Assembly (NCBI RefSeq): GCF_001194135.2
Contig: NC_069002.1
Coordinates: 1,620,839-1,684,838, forward strand
From: Octopus bimaculoides
Taxonomy: Eukaryota
Reading direction: 5' to 3'
DNA: 64,000 nucleotides
Under the pieces are notes generated by a model. The model did not search any database. It was not told the origin of the DNA and was given only the letters and a program-made list of their open reading frames with translations. Below, one piece after another: positions 1-11,062 of the stretch (its first letter is position 1; each line of letters begins with the position of its first letter). The translations under genes and the position numbers were made by a program.

Positions 1-82
1 CAACAGCAAAGCGGATAAACGGAATCGAAAATTCAAAGAAGCTGATCGATTATTTTCCAAATCTTCAGTAACTTCTGCCGTG
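1..82 (+). CDS. MEAF6: MEAF6/EAF6 (NuA4/TIP60 and MYST HAT complex subunit), internal coding exon, 5' part outside window
   Basis: Frame 2 reads [27 protein letters not shown], matching the recalled human MEAF6 motif [27 protein letters not shown]. Donor GTGAGT at 83, phase 0. Confidence 0.93.
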
Positions 83-774
83 GTGAGTCTAACTTTAGGT
101 CTTTTTTTTAGTAAAGCTGTTAAGTTTTCTTCTTTATTTCCTAATCACATGGTTTCAGTCTCAGGCCGACAGTGCAGCCCCTTGCATGTCCCCTAAGTTC
201 ACTGTCATCAGTTCACCTCTTTTGGCATAATTTTTCAACTTCAGTTTTTCTCTCATTTTTTTTTTTTTTCTTTTTCAATAAAATAGTTTTTTAACTATTA
301 ATGGTGAGGTACTATGGATATATTTTCTTGGTAAATTTACCTCGTGGTGAACTTTTCTCACGGTGAATTGATGGTGGTGAACTTACCTGTAATCAGTACC
401 TTGAATAAGTGTCTTTTATTATAGATCCTGGCCAAGCAAAGCCTTGTGAGTGAGTGGCTTTGACAGGTGACAGAAGGAACTTGTCAGGTGCATAGGTGTG
501 TGCAGATGTCTTGACATTGCATTTGTTGTTGTAAACAAGTATCACTGTTGTACAAGTAGTGTCCTTCCTTGCCAATTCTCGATGAGGATGTCTAAACCTG
601 GGAAGTGTCAAGGTGAACCCTCAGCATATGAGATGAGTAGACTGGCTTGAGGACAACTTCCTGTCTTCATCTGAATCTCGTCACAGAAATAAAGGGACGT
701 GGCCATGGCCCTTCTCTCTCTGATTAAGTGTTAAAAAAAAAAAACATCACATTTTCCTCAATTTGTCTTTTCAG

Positions 775-808
775 GCTGTGAGTGGAATTGCAGACAACTC
801 TGAAAAAC
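775..808 (+). CDS. MEAF6: MEAF6 coding exon (AVSGIADNSEK)
   Basis: tttcag acceptor and gtgagt donor; aligns to human AVSALAGVQDQLIEK; ends phase 1. Confidence 0.88.
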
Positions 809-1072
809 GTGAGTATTTAACTCTTTGACACTTTGTGGCACTGACTCTGTGTGTGTGTGCTTATTTGTATGCTAAAAGATTAAGCAGATTGATTAAAAAC
901 AATGAGAATAATTAAGCCTTACATTTGATGGAACAATGTGAATGCTGAAAGGTTTAAGAATTGGTTGAGGCAGAGGGAAGGTTGGGAAGATTTTTATATG
1001 TGTTTGTTTATGTTTGTTTTCTGTTGTTTCTCATTATTTGTTGTCATTGGTGACATCTCTGTCTGTCTGCAG

Positions 1073-1274
1073 GGGAAGCTGCAAGTCCGACGTCAGAAGC
1101 AACGAATGCCGGCAGTCAACCAGAAACAAACAACAACGATTCTTCCACCCCTAATGGACAGCTAACGATGACCAACAACAGCACGACCAATCACTCTTCG
1201 GCACAGAACCATTCCGGGAAGGTCACCAAAAGTACGATAAGACACAAAAAAGGGAAAGCAAAATCAAGGCACAA
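1073..1274 (+). CDS. MEAF6: MEAF6 coding exon (REAASPTSE...HKKGKAKSRH)
   Basis: ctgcag acceptor, phase-compatible (C+GG = Arg). Basic tail resembles human HKKRKNKNRH. Donor gtaaat at 1275, phase 2. Confidence 0.88.
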
Positions 1275-1643
1275 GTAAATAACGGCCCTTTTCTCTTCTT
1301 TTGCGCCATGGGTCCTTCGCCATCTAGGATGTATGTCTGCCCTTACTTTTTAGAGCATAAGGAGTGATTAGACTGACTCCCTCCAAATATTTACTTTATC
1401 AACTATGGAAGGATGAAAGGCAAAATGGATTTGGATAGGATTCTTATATAATACATGATTAATTCAAAACAATGTGGATAAGCAAGCATTACATTTTAAC
1501 AGGGTTATCTAAATGTTAAAGGAACAAAGAACCCACTGGTCATACCCATTCCCCTCTAAGTTACTGGTTTTGTGCCTAATTAGAAACAATTGTTTTTGTT
1601 GCTATATTCTAAGATTAATCTGATTTCTGCCTTTTTCTTTCAG

Positions 1644-1674
1644 AATGGAAGCTAAACTACGCAAAGCCAAAGAG
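1644..1674 (+). CDS. MEAF6: MEAF6 31-nt coding exon (KMEAKLRKAKE)
   Basis: tttcag/gtgagt boundaries; positionally equivalent to human RIDLKLNKKPRAD. Confidence 0.82.
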
Positions 1675-1783
1675 GTGAGTTTATGACAGTTTCCTTTCTC
1701 AGAGTCATTGGGTTGTTGGAATATTTCCTGAATTCTGAATATATATGTATATAGTTTGATATGGTTTATTTTTGTATTTTCAG

Positions 1784-1795
1784 GGTGCTGAATGA
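1784..1795 (+). CDS. MEAF6: MEAF6 last coding exon (GAE-stop)
   Basis: ttttcag acceptor followed by GGT GCT GAA TGA in phase 0. Confidence 0.72.
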   Translation, partial: GAE

Positions 1796-1956
1796 TTAGA
1801 GATTGATCAGTATTGAACTTTATGGGAAGAAGATGGAGAAGAAATGTGGGAAAGAAAAGGGGATTACCTGTTTTAAAAAAAACATTTTGGACACTGTTAA
1901 ATATTGGAGCAAGCCTGAGGAATGTTATGTATGTGTGTGTGTATCCATACATATAC

Positions 1957-2032
<76 letters not shown>

Positions 2033-3050
2033 GTATATATATATAGTCACACACACACACACACATAATCAATAGCGATTTGCTCTACGTCATCATCCTG
2101 AGGTACATGTACCCAAGAGATGTTTGGTACTTGCTTGTGAAACTTTCAACCAGAATCCAGTGCAAGCCAAACTAAACACGATCTAACCCAACCGAATACA
2201 GCACCGAACAACTGCCCCACCAACATCTCAAAATAACAAAGATAAACAATATCCCAAGGGAAACATACATGCATACACACACATATATATATATATACAT
2301 GTTTATATATATATATATATATATATGTACAGGTGTGTGTGTGTGTATGTATATGTTTATGTTTGTATACATGTGTGCAGAAGACTGTTGTTTCTAGAGT
2401 CGTTGCCATTCCCTGCTGATAATCTTCCTTCATTCAAGTCACAAAAATACGGTAAAAATATATCAAAATTAAGAAGAAAAAAAATCCACTAAAACAGGCA
2501 TCTCAATGTTTGGTAAATACAAACACTCATATACATTACATATGTATACATACATCTATATATGTACATACACATTCATATATAATATGTATATATAAAT
2601 ACGCACACACGTATATATATATATATATATATATACACACTTAATATACATGTGTAGATGTGCATACACATGTAATTACTTTAAAAATTTTTTAATTGTA
2701 AATATTTTCACCATTCCTTCCTTTTTTTTAATTGTTTCTTTTTGTCCTATTTTTTTGCCAATAAATTTTTTGGCCGTGGAATATTGTTCTGCTTTTGTTT
2801 TTCTCAATGCAACAATTTTTGTTATTTTCATCATTAATATTGATTAAGGCAGCAAGCTTAACCACACTGCTAAGCTTTGGTCAAAATGATAAAAAAAGAA
2901 AAAAATTACAAAATGGTATCAAAAAGCAAAATAAAAAAGATTAAAGTTTATTTTTTAATAATTTATTTAATTATTAATTATTAATTTTATTAATCAACCA
3001 ATTACTTCTCTTCAACGACCAGTACATCTCAACATTTTAATAGTAGGTGA

Positions 3051-3285
3051 CTATCTTCTTGTTGTGACGTAGGGTGGTGGGCGCCGGAAAGGAGCTGAAT
3101 TTGGATTCTCTGGGAAGTTCATTCCAACATGGAGAGTATTATTAAGTGATGTTATTATGCGGATAGCCATGTAATGCAGGAACTCTTCCTTAGTGTAATT
3201 AAGGCCTTCAGGTGACATGACATTTTGGAGGGATTCTGCTTCTTTCTGATATTGTATAAGGATGGCACTGGCCTCTGACTCAGCT
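3051..3285 (-). CDS. SPFH/Band-7 protein, distal duplicate terminal exon (AESEASAILIQYQKE...PPPYVTTRR-stop)
   Basis: Intact ttcttcag acceptor in the same phase as the 5993-6218 copy, open frame of 77 codons plus stop, AATAAA about 100 nt downstream (2947-2952 on minus). Confidence 0.75.
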
Positions 3286-4084
3286 CTGAAGAACAACAAA
3301 AGGAAGGATATTGGTGAGAATTTGATGGTGGTGGGCAAGGCAGTATTAGTAATAGCAAAGCGGTGGTAGTAGTGATGATTGTGGTGGTGGTGATGGTAGT
3401 AGTTGTAGTAACAGATAAAAGAAGTGGTTGTAACAGATGTAGTCAAGGTAGTTGTGAGAATGAAGACTGGACACACATATCTATGTGTATAAAATGTGTG
3501 CATGTATGTCTTCCCGTTCTGATATTGCTAGATTGTAGTAAACGAGCATCCCTGTCATACAAGCAGTGCCATTCGTTTCCAAAGTTCTGCAAAAACTTGT
3601 CTAGCCATGGAGGGGAATATATCACCTTGCTTGAAAACAGGTGAGGGTTGATGACATGAAAGGCATCCAGCCATAGAAAATCTGCTTTACGAAAACCCAT
3701 CCATCCATGCAAACATAGAGAAGCTGGCATAAAGATGATGATGGTAATCTTCACTACTTCTGGCAGAATTTCTTTGAGATCTCTCACAGAAACTAAGGTT
3801 CAAAAGGAACTCTGATTGGGAAACACTCTCCTTATTTCTACTCTAGGCACAAGGCCTTGAAAATTTTGGGGGGAAGGGGGCCAGTCGCTTACATTAACCC
3901 CAGCATGTAACTGGTACTTATTTCATGATTCCTTTGTTATTGCTTGGTTTGGGTTTAAAAGGTCAGAGTAGACTAAACCTTTCATATCCCACCAAACAAA
4001 TAACAACACCTTACATGGGTGAAGACCTTCTTTAGCCTGGGGTGCTGGTGTTTCTCCTTTCTCTACCCACTGTCTTCACTGCTT

Positions 4085-4753
4085 GACATTTTTATAGAGA
4101 ACTCACTTCTCGTCACCAGTCATTATTCGGTCAAAAAATGGTTCATTTGTGAGACATGACAGCAAAGAAGAGCACATATTCACTCTCTGTGCGCGATTAG
4201 ATTTGGAAAGTTTGTGAAGAACCCATTGTCCCAGTTTGCTGACTTTTCTGATGGTACCTAAGAGTCGATGAATGGTTAAATGATTGAATCCAAGCTTCTC
4301 TGCTAGTTCCTTAACATTTATGGTGGGATTTTGTTTCACCAGGGTTTGCAGGGCATCTTTGTTGAGCTCTACAGACCTTCCAGGACAAGGCTCATCTTCT
4401 AGGCTGTAGTTTTTGGCTCGGAATTTCTGGAGCCACCATTGACGCTGGCTTACTCTTGTCTGATCCCCATTTACTGCATTAATATTCCTCACACTTTCCA
4501 TTGCGCTGTTGCTTTTATTGAATTCATAAAACAAAATATGCCAAATATATTCCTTAGTCACTTCCATTAAAATTTTGAAAAAATAACTGTTAAAATCAAA
4601 CTGCACTCTTCAAAACTTGCACTAAGAATAATTACAAGGCAAAATTACTACCTGTTTTTATAGCAAGTTGATGCATGCAGTTTCACCTGTACCCCTCTGA
4701 CTTTTAGTTCATGCAATTGAAAAAAACCACATTGTTAATGGGATGATCCAGTA
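4085..4753 (-). mobile_element. Mariner (Tc1/mariner) transposon, 5' half: left TIR plus N-terminal transposase, truncated
   Basis: ORF from ATG 4567 reads MEVTKEYIWHILFYEF...GQWVLHKL...FFDRIMTGDEK-stop (HTH region, WVPHEL-like linker, first catalytic Asp motif). TA-flanked TIR-like end CTGGATCATCCCATTAA near 4751. Confidence 0.88.
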
Positions 4754-5992
4754 TAGATATATATATATATATATATATATAGCACTTGACCTTTTATATG
4801 GCTTCTAAATATCTGGAATTTCTAGAAATCTGGAAATATCATGCAATTCCATGCAAATATACTGTATCTTGTATTTAGTAAAAAAAAAATTGTTTTTGAA
4901 GTGGATTGATAGAGATTAAAGATTGTCTATTTTTGAATTACATTAATTTGTGCCTGCATCAGTCAACTAAAATCATGCTCTTTATTTTTCTTCATTCAAT
5001 TTTCACTCATTAACCATTCTGCTATTTGCATGGAAAAGTGTGTTATATATTTTACAAAATTTTAAGTGAATTAATTATATCAAACAGTTTCTGCTTTAAA
5101 AAAACGTATTAATTTCAATCTGTTAAATACAACTTTTCAAAATTTTTTATTTTCCATAATTTATTTTGTATTCTAGGTATGTACTTAGACTGTCCTCTGA
5201 CAACCAGAAAATCCAAATATCTGGGATACCTCTAGTCCCAGGCTTCCTGGATTGTTTGCCTGGTACTGTACATGCACATGCGCGCACGCACGCACACACA
5301 CACACACATGCATGACGGGTTTCTTTCAGTTTCCATTTACCAAAGACACTCACATGGATTTGGTTGTCCTGAGACTATAGAAGACTCTTCCCCCAAGGTG
5401 CCACACAGCAGGATTGAATATTCAGCCATGAGTTTGCAAAGCAAGTTTCTTACCACAAGGCCATGTTAGCACCTATAAGCGTATATTCACAAATACAAAC
5501 CCATGGCAGCATTAAAACCAGATGTTGCTGTTGTTAATGATGATGTCGATGGTGATGACAGCAACGATGACAATGATGGTGATGATGAAACGCACATGCA
5601 TATATATAAATGCACACAAAAACATATTATGCACATACATATACTGGGTTTCCTGCAGTTTCTATTTACCAAATTCTCTCAAGTTATTGGTTGTCCTGGG
5701 GGGGGGGGTCAAAGAAGACATTAGCCCAAAGTGCCATGCAGTAGGACTCGCAACCACATGAGTGTGAAGCAAGACTTCTTAAGCACATGGCCAAACCTGC
5801 CCCATGATGGCAAATAAATAATTTAAAATAAAATAAAATAAAATAATGTAATCAAAAAATTTTTTAATAATTAGAGTAAAATTTATTTAATTTCTTATAA
5901 ATTTCATGGTAATTAATAGTTTAATTAACTAACCAATTATTTCTCCTCTACAACCAGTATGCCTCAATATTTTAATCATAAGAGACTATTTT

Positions 5993-6218
5993 TTATTGTA
6001 TTGGAGGTGGTAGGACCCTAAACGGAATCAAATTTGGATTTTCTGGCAGATTCATTCCAACATGGAGAGGACTGTTAAGTGATGAGATTATGCGGATAGC
6101 CATATATTGCAGGAACCCTTCGTTAGTGTAATTAAGGCCTTCAGATGACAAGACATTTTGGAGAGATTCTGCTTCTTTCTGATATTGTATAATGATGGCA
6201 CTGGCCTCTGCCTCAGCT
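5993..6218 (-). CDS. SPFH/Band-7 protein, proximal terminal exon (AEAEASAIIIQYQKE...VLPPPIQ-stop)
   Basis: ttcttcag acceptor, phase 2 (CA+A = Gln), 74 codons plus stop, AATAAA at 5882-5887 on minus. Confidence 0.85.
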
Positions 6219-6777
6219 CTGAAGAACAACAAAAAGAAGGATATTGATCAGAATTTGATGGTGGTGGTGGTGGTGCTGCTGCTGAAAGTCATATTAGTAT
6301 TAGTACCAGCGGGGAAGGTAAGGTTGTGTCAGTGATTGTGGAGGTGGCAGTGGTGAAATCAGTAGTAGTAGTAGCAGTAGTAATAAACAACAACAACAAC
6401 AGCAATGAGTGATGATGGCAACAATGACAATAAAGATAATGATGACAACAAAATGATAATAAAAATGATGATGACGATGACGACAATAACAAAGATGATG
6501 ATGATGTTGACAGCAACAATAAAGATGATGATGACAAAGATGTTGACAACAACAATGACGACGATAAAGCTAACAAAGATGATGACTGCTGACGATGAAG
6601 ATGACTACAATAATGAAAGTGCTGATTATAGTGACATTGGTGATGACGATGACAAGAGTAATAACAATGACGAAGATGATGATGACAGTGATGGGACACG
6701 ACAGTAATGTTAGTAGTAGTAGTAGTAGTAACAGTAATAGCTGCAGGAGCAGCAGTTGTTTTGTGTGAAGCTCTTAC

Positions 6778-6899
6778 TGTTTCTTCTTGATTCTTGCCCT
6801 CGACCTGGCTTTCTCCAAAGTGATATTAGAAACGGCTATTGCTTCTTTCATTTTTGTTTCCGCTTCAATCAACTGTTTCGGTCGTTCTTGTTTGGCCAC
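6778..6899 (-). CDS. SPFH/Band-7 protein exon, Ala/Glu/Lys-rich coiled coil (VAKQERPKQLIEAE...ARIKKK)
   Basis: ttccag acceptor and gtaaga donor; phases 0 and 2. Confidence 0.85.
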
Positions 6900-7276
6900 C
6901 TGGAATAACAGAGAGAAATGAGGAGGAGCAAGTCGCAATCCAAGTATAAAGATAGGCTTAACAAGTTCACTTCCCAGCCATGCAGGGTCCAGGTGCGATT
7001 CCACTGTGAAGCACAAACGAGTCAAGTTCCTGTGTATAAACATGTATATATATGTGTGTGTGTGTATATATATAATAATAAGCAATTATTAACTTTCCAA
7101 TCTCCATTTTCTTTTTCTTCTTTTATATGAATATAAACTATGTTTTTATATATACACCTATTATTTTAAGGAAATTAATTATTATTATTTACAGGATTGT
7201 AAAACACGGCGCCGTATATAAAAAAAACCATTAGCACCAAAAATATTCACATGAAAAACAGTGGAATTTCATTTAC

Positions 7277-7351
7277 CAATATATCTTCTCTCGCTCTTTC
7301 TTTCTCCCGAATGGCTTTTTCATATGGTTTAGGACGTCTGATGTTGTTGAC
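7277..7351 (-). CDS. SPFH/Band-7 protein exon (VNNIRRPKPYEKAIREKERAREDIL), absent from the ORF track
   Basis: cattccag acceptor and gtaaat donor, 75 nt, phase 0/0. Fits the V-x-x-I-x-x-P-x-x-Y/F-x-x-A-I motif that ends SPFH domains. Confidence 0.85.
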
Positions 7352-7429
7352 CTGGAATGAGAGGAGGGGAAAATATTGATTCTCTTATTTGTTTCAGTCA
7401 TTTGACTGTGGCCATACTGGGGCACCACC

Positions 7430-7898
7430 NNNNNNNNNNNNNNNNNNNNNNNNNNNNNNNNNNNNNNNNNNNNNNNNNNNNNNNNNNNNNNNNNNNNNNN
7501 NNNNNNNNNNNNNNNNNNNNNNNNNNNNNNNNNNNNNNNNNNNNNNNNNNNNNNNNNNNNNNNNNNNNNNNNNNNNNNNNNNNNNNNNNNNNNNNNNNNN
7601 NNNNNNNNNNNNNNNNNNNNNNNNNNNNNNNNNNNNNNNNNNNNNNNNNNNNNNNNNNNNNNNNNNNNNNNNNNNNNNNNNNNNNNNNNNNNNNNNNNNN
7701 NNNNNNNNNNNNNNNNNNNNNNNNNNNNNNNNNNNNNNNNNNNNNNNNNNNNNNNNNNNNNNNNNNNNNNNNNNNNNNNNNNNNNNNNNNNNNNNNNNNN
7801 NNNNNNNNNNNNNNNNNNNNNNNNNNNNNNNNNNNNNNNNNNNNNNNNNNNNNNNNNNNNNNNNNNNNNNNNNNNNNNNNNNNNNNNNNNNNNNNNNN
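7430..7898. other. Assembly gap predicted to hide one SPFH coding exon (one of many N gaps in the window)
   Basis: The upstream exon ends in phase 1 and the next visible exon starts in phase 0, and part of the SPFH domain is missing. Confidence 0.7.
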
Positions 7899-7983
7899 TA
7901 TATATATATATATATGGATCATGAAACGAATGGTTTACACCTGGTAGCTTCTCATATATTCCATCTTCTGTCTTTCATTTGCC

Positions 7984-8040
<57 letters not shown>

Positions 8041-8486
8041 ATCACTCCAAAGAAGTCAACTGATGAACTAAGTAATTAAAACACATGGAAACTTAATTGC
8101 AATCAGTTTAGTTTTAAATGATAGAAATTAATTAATTATAAGCAGCACCATCACAGCTGCTACGCTGTCACCACTGCCAGTACCAACACCTAGACCATTG
8201 CTATAGTAACACCACCACAACCACCAGCACCACCACCAACATCAATGCCACTGCTACCATCACATGACTATTACCGTTGCTAGTATCACTACGTCCCCTT
8301 AAGATTATTATCACCAAAACAACCACCACCATCACCACCATTATCACTAACATCATCACCACCACTACCACCACAACCTACTACAATTACCACTAAAACT
8401 GCAACTACAATTACCACTAAAACTGCAACTACAACTACTACTACTACTACCAGCACCACTCCTACTGCTACTTGTACATTGCTTAC

Positions 8487-8619
8487 CTGCATACTGTAGC
8501 ACCCTTTTCAATCCTTCGAAGTCCTTAAACTCTTTGATGACTTTCTTCATTGAATGAAGCTGGATTTTGAATTGGCAGGAAACATCCAAAATAATACGAA
8601 CTCCATTCTGGTTCAGACA
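8487..8619 (-). CDS. SPFH/Band-7 protein exon (CLNQNGVRIILDVSCQFKIQ...LQYA)
   Basis: ctctcag acceptor and gtaagc donor; the x-DG/NG-V-x-I-x-L-D-V-S-x-Q pattern is typical of SPFH domains. Confidence 0.87.
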
Positions 8620-8662
8620 CTGAGAGAAGAGGCACAGACGAAAAGAAAATACAGTAAATGTT

Positions 8663-8693
<31 letters not shown>

Positions 8694-8779
8694 GATGTGT
8701 GTGTGTATATATATATGTATATATATATATATNNNNNNNNNNNNNNNNNNNNNNNNNNNNNNATATATGTGTGTGTGTG

Positions 8780-8826
<47 letters not shown>

Positions 8827-9099
8827 AAAGAATATATAGATATGTATAAGAATATATATTTATAAAAGAATACACACACACACACACACACACACATATA
8901 TTTTGGACCATCAAGCCCCCAGAAACATGGCAGGTATATTCCCGCCTGGACGGGACGCCGGAAAGAATGAGATTAAGAAGAGAGAGCGAGAGAGGGAATG
9001 AGTGAGAAGGAGAGTGAGAGGGAAAGATAGAAAGAAAGAGAGAGAGAGAAGTGAGACAGTGGGTAGTGTTTCTATGTAGAAATAAAATAAGGAACTTAC

Positions 9100-9236
9100 C
9101 ATTATGCCATTGAAGGTCTTGGTTTGGTAAACATTAGGGAATATGATAAAACTGAAACCAGGGGGTCCAAGATGAAGTCCTTCAAACTTTGGATTGTCAT
9201 GGAGTTTTTTGGTAATTTTGTTGTAGATGAGACCAA
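9100..9236 (-). CDS. SPFH/Band-7 protein exon (VGLIYNKITKKLHDNPKFEGLHLGPPGFSFIIFP...)
   Basis: tctag acceptor and gtaagt donor; the VGL...EGLH motif marks the SPFH N-terminus; phases 1 and 0. Confidence 0.88.
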
Positions 9237-9514
9237 CTAGACAAGAAAAAGACATATAATTACAATTTTAAGACCAAATTCTTAGTAAGTAGGAAGACAG
9301 ACAAATCACAAACCCCTTCAGGTAAATGACCGTGCTCAATTTGTAGAAAAGGCGTAGGTAGAAACTCCATAAGATGCACCCAGTGTAAGCTTTGGACACA
9401 TAAAAGGTGCAACAATATCAGAGGAAGGTTAACAGGGAAATTAGCTTTTGTGTGTGGAAACACAGGTACAATAAATGCTGAAAATGTGTAGAAAATAGAC
9501 TTCGTCAACTACCA

Positions 9515-9570
9515 GCGTGGCAAGCTAGAAGTAGCAGATAGCTTCCGTTATCTAGGTGACCAAGTTGAGT
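9515..9570 (+). mobile_element. RTE-type LINE reverse-transcriptase fragment
   Basis: Translates LEVADSFRYLGDQV, the conserved RTE F-x-Y-L-G motif. Confidence 0.55.
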
Positions 9571-9799
9571 ATGAGTGCATGTGTATGTGTGTGTGAGTGA
9601 AGGAGAGAAGGGGAGATCATTGTATATCAGTAAAAAAAAGAAAAAATCCACTCTTTGTAAACGAAGTCCTTTGTGATATTTGTTCTGCATAGTTTTACAG
9701 ACACTCCCTTATTACTCTTACTGTCAGAAACAGTTGGGCAGTTGGATTCCTGTAGCTAATGACGATATATATCTTTCATCTTTCACTTTTTATCTTTTA

Positions 9800-9990
9800 C
9801 TTGTTTCAATCAATAGACTGTGGCCATGCTGGGGCACCGCCTTGAGGAATTTTAGTCGAATGAATCGACCCCGGTATTTATTGTCCTTTCTAAGCCTGGT
9901 ACTTATTCTATCAGTTTCTTTTGCTGAACCTGTAGGTTACGGGGATGTAAACACACCAACACCGGTTTTCAAGTGGTGGTAGGGGACAAA
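9800..9990 (+). mobile_element. SINE-like repeat (cagtcatttgactgcggccatgctggagcaccgcc family)
   Basis: Related copies near 7390, 33520-33610, 44075-44225, 47610, 50125-50180 and 53790-53970. Confidence 0.7.
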
Positions 9991-10209
9991 TATAAAGACA
10001 CACGCACACACTCACATACAGACACATACACACACACACACACACAGACAGACGCGCGCGCGCGCAAGCACACACACATATATGGAGCTAAGGTAGAAGA
10101 CGCTTGTCCAAAGTGTCACGCAACGCAACGGAACCCAGAACCGTGTGGTTGAGAAACATACTTCTTGGCACACTGCCGCGCCCATAATTACAAATGTGCT
10201 CTGAATTAC

Positions 10210-10327
10210 CTTCATATGTCTGCAATTTCTTCATGGAAGTGGCCAAAAGTGTTGCGATTATGGCCACCGCCATTACCGCACCAATACACAGCGCTATTGC
10301 TTTTGGAGACATTCTCGAGTGTAGAAC
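10210..10327 (-). CDS. SPFH/Band-7 protein first coding exon (ATG at 10312; MSPKAIALCIGAVMAVAIIATLLATSMKKLQTYE, one TM helix)
   Basis: tttgcag acceptor, gtaatt donor in phase 1, hydrophobic signal-anchor segment. An upstream (probably UTR) exon was not located. Confidence 0.82.
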
Positions 10328-10454
10328 CTGCAAATAGAGAAATAATGAATGAAATGTTGAACAGACAGAAAGATCGATATATTACGATATTGTGTAACAC
10401 GATTTTTGTCCGTGGGTAGCAACTGTTTAATTCCTATTTGCTTACCCCTAGAAA

Positions 10455-10680
10455 GTATCGTGGCTTAATGATTAGGATGTTGGACACATGATCATAAGAT
10501 TGTGGTTTCGACTCCGGGACCGGGTGATGCATTGTGTTCTTGGGCAAAACACTCCATTTCCCGTTCTTCCAGTCCACTCAGCTGGCAAAAATGAATAACC
10601 ATGCGAAGGACTGGAAACCGGGAAATTGGCCCCCATGAGTCGGCATGACTAAAGTAGGTAACTTTGCCTTTTTTTACCTT
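10455..10680 (+). mobile_element. tRNA-derived SINE (second copy at about 16350-16500)
   Basis: A-box/B-box-like head (tggcttaatg...ggtttcgactcc) followed by the shared body tgtgttcttgggcaaaacact. Confidence 0.65.
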
Positions 10681-10830
10681 TACTTTTCCTTTTGGAGGAG
10701 AGGCCCTTGGTTGCCAACAAAGCTAGATCTCTGAACTTTGCCCAGCTTCTTCTTATTCTTGCAGCTATGCTCTCGGAGCATCCACCTCCACTGCTGACCT
10801 GGTCACCCAGATGACGGAAGCTGTCAACTA
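10680..10830 (-). mobile_element. RTE-type LINE RT C-terminal fragment
   Basis: Translates VDSFRHLGDQVSSGGGCSESIAARIRRSWAKFRDL. Confidence 0.75.
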
Positions 10831-11062
10831 GTATCCTCGCCCCGCCACAGGCATTTTACTATAGATTTCTTGTGTTTATTCTACCTATACATCTGCCTCA
10901 CACAAAAACTACTTCCTCTGTTAACCGTCCAGAGCGATAACCAGGCTTAATTAATCAAAGCTATTCAATTCACTCCACGAGAGGAACTTTCATATACGCT
11001 ATTAAGTGGGGGTAGATATTTCCACTTGACAGATGCTACACTCTCAGGATAGAACAGAATTA

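Noticed and set aside
8054-8110. CUGAUGA...GAAAC as a hammerhead
   Set aside because: Stems I and II do not pair.
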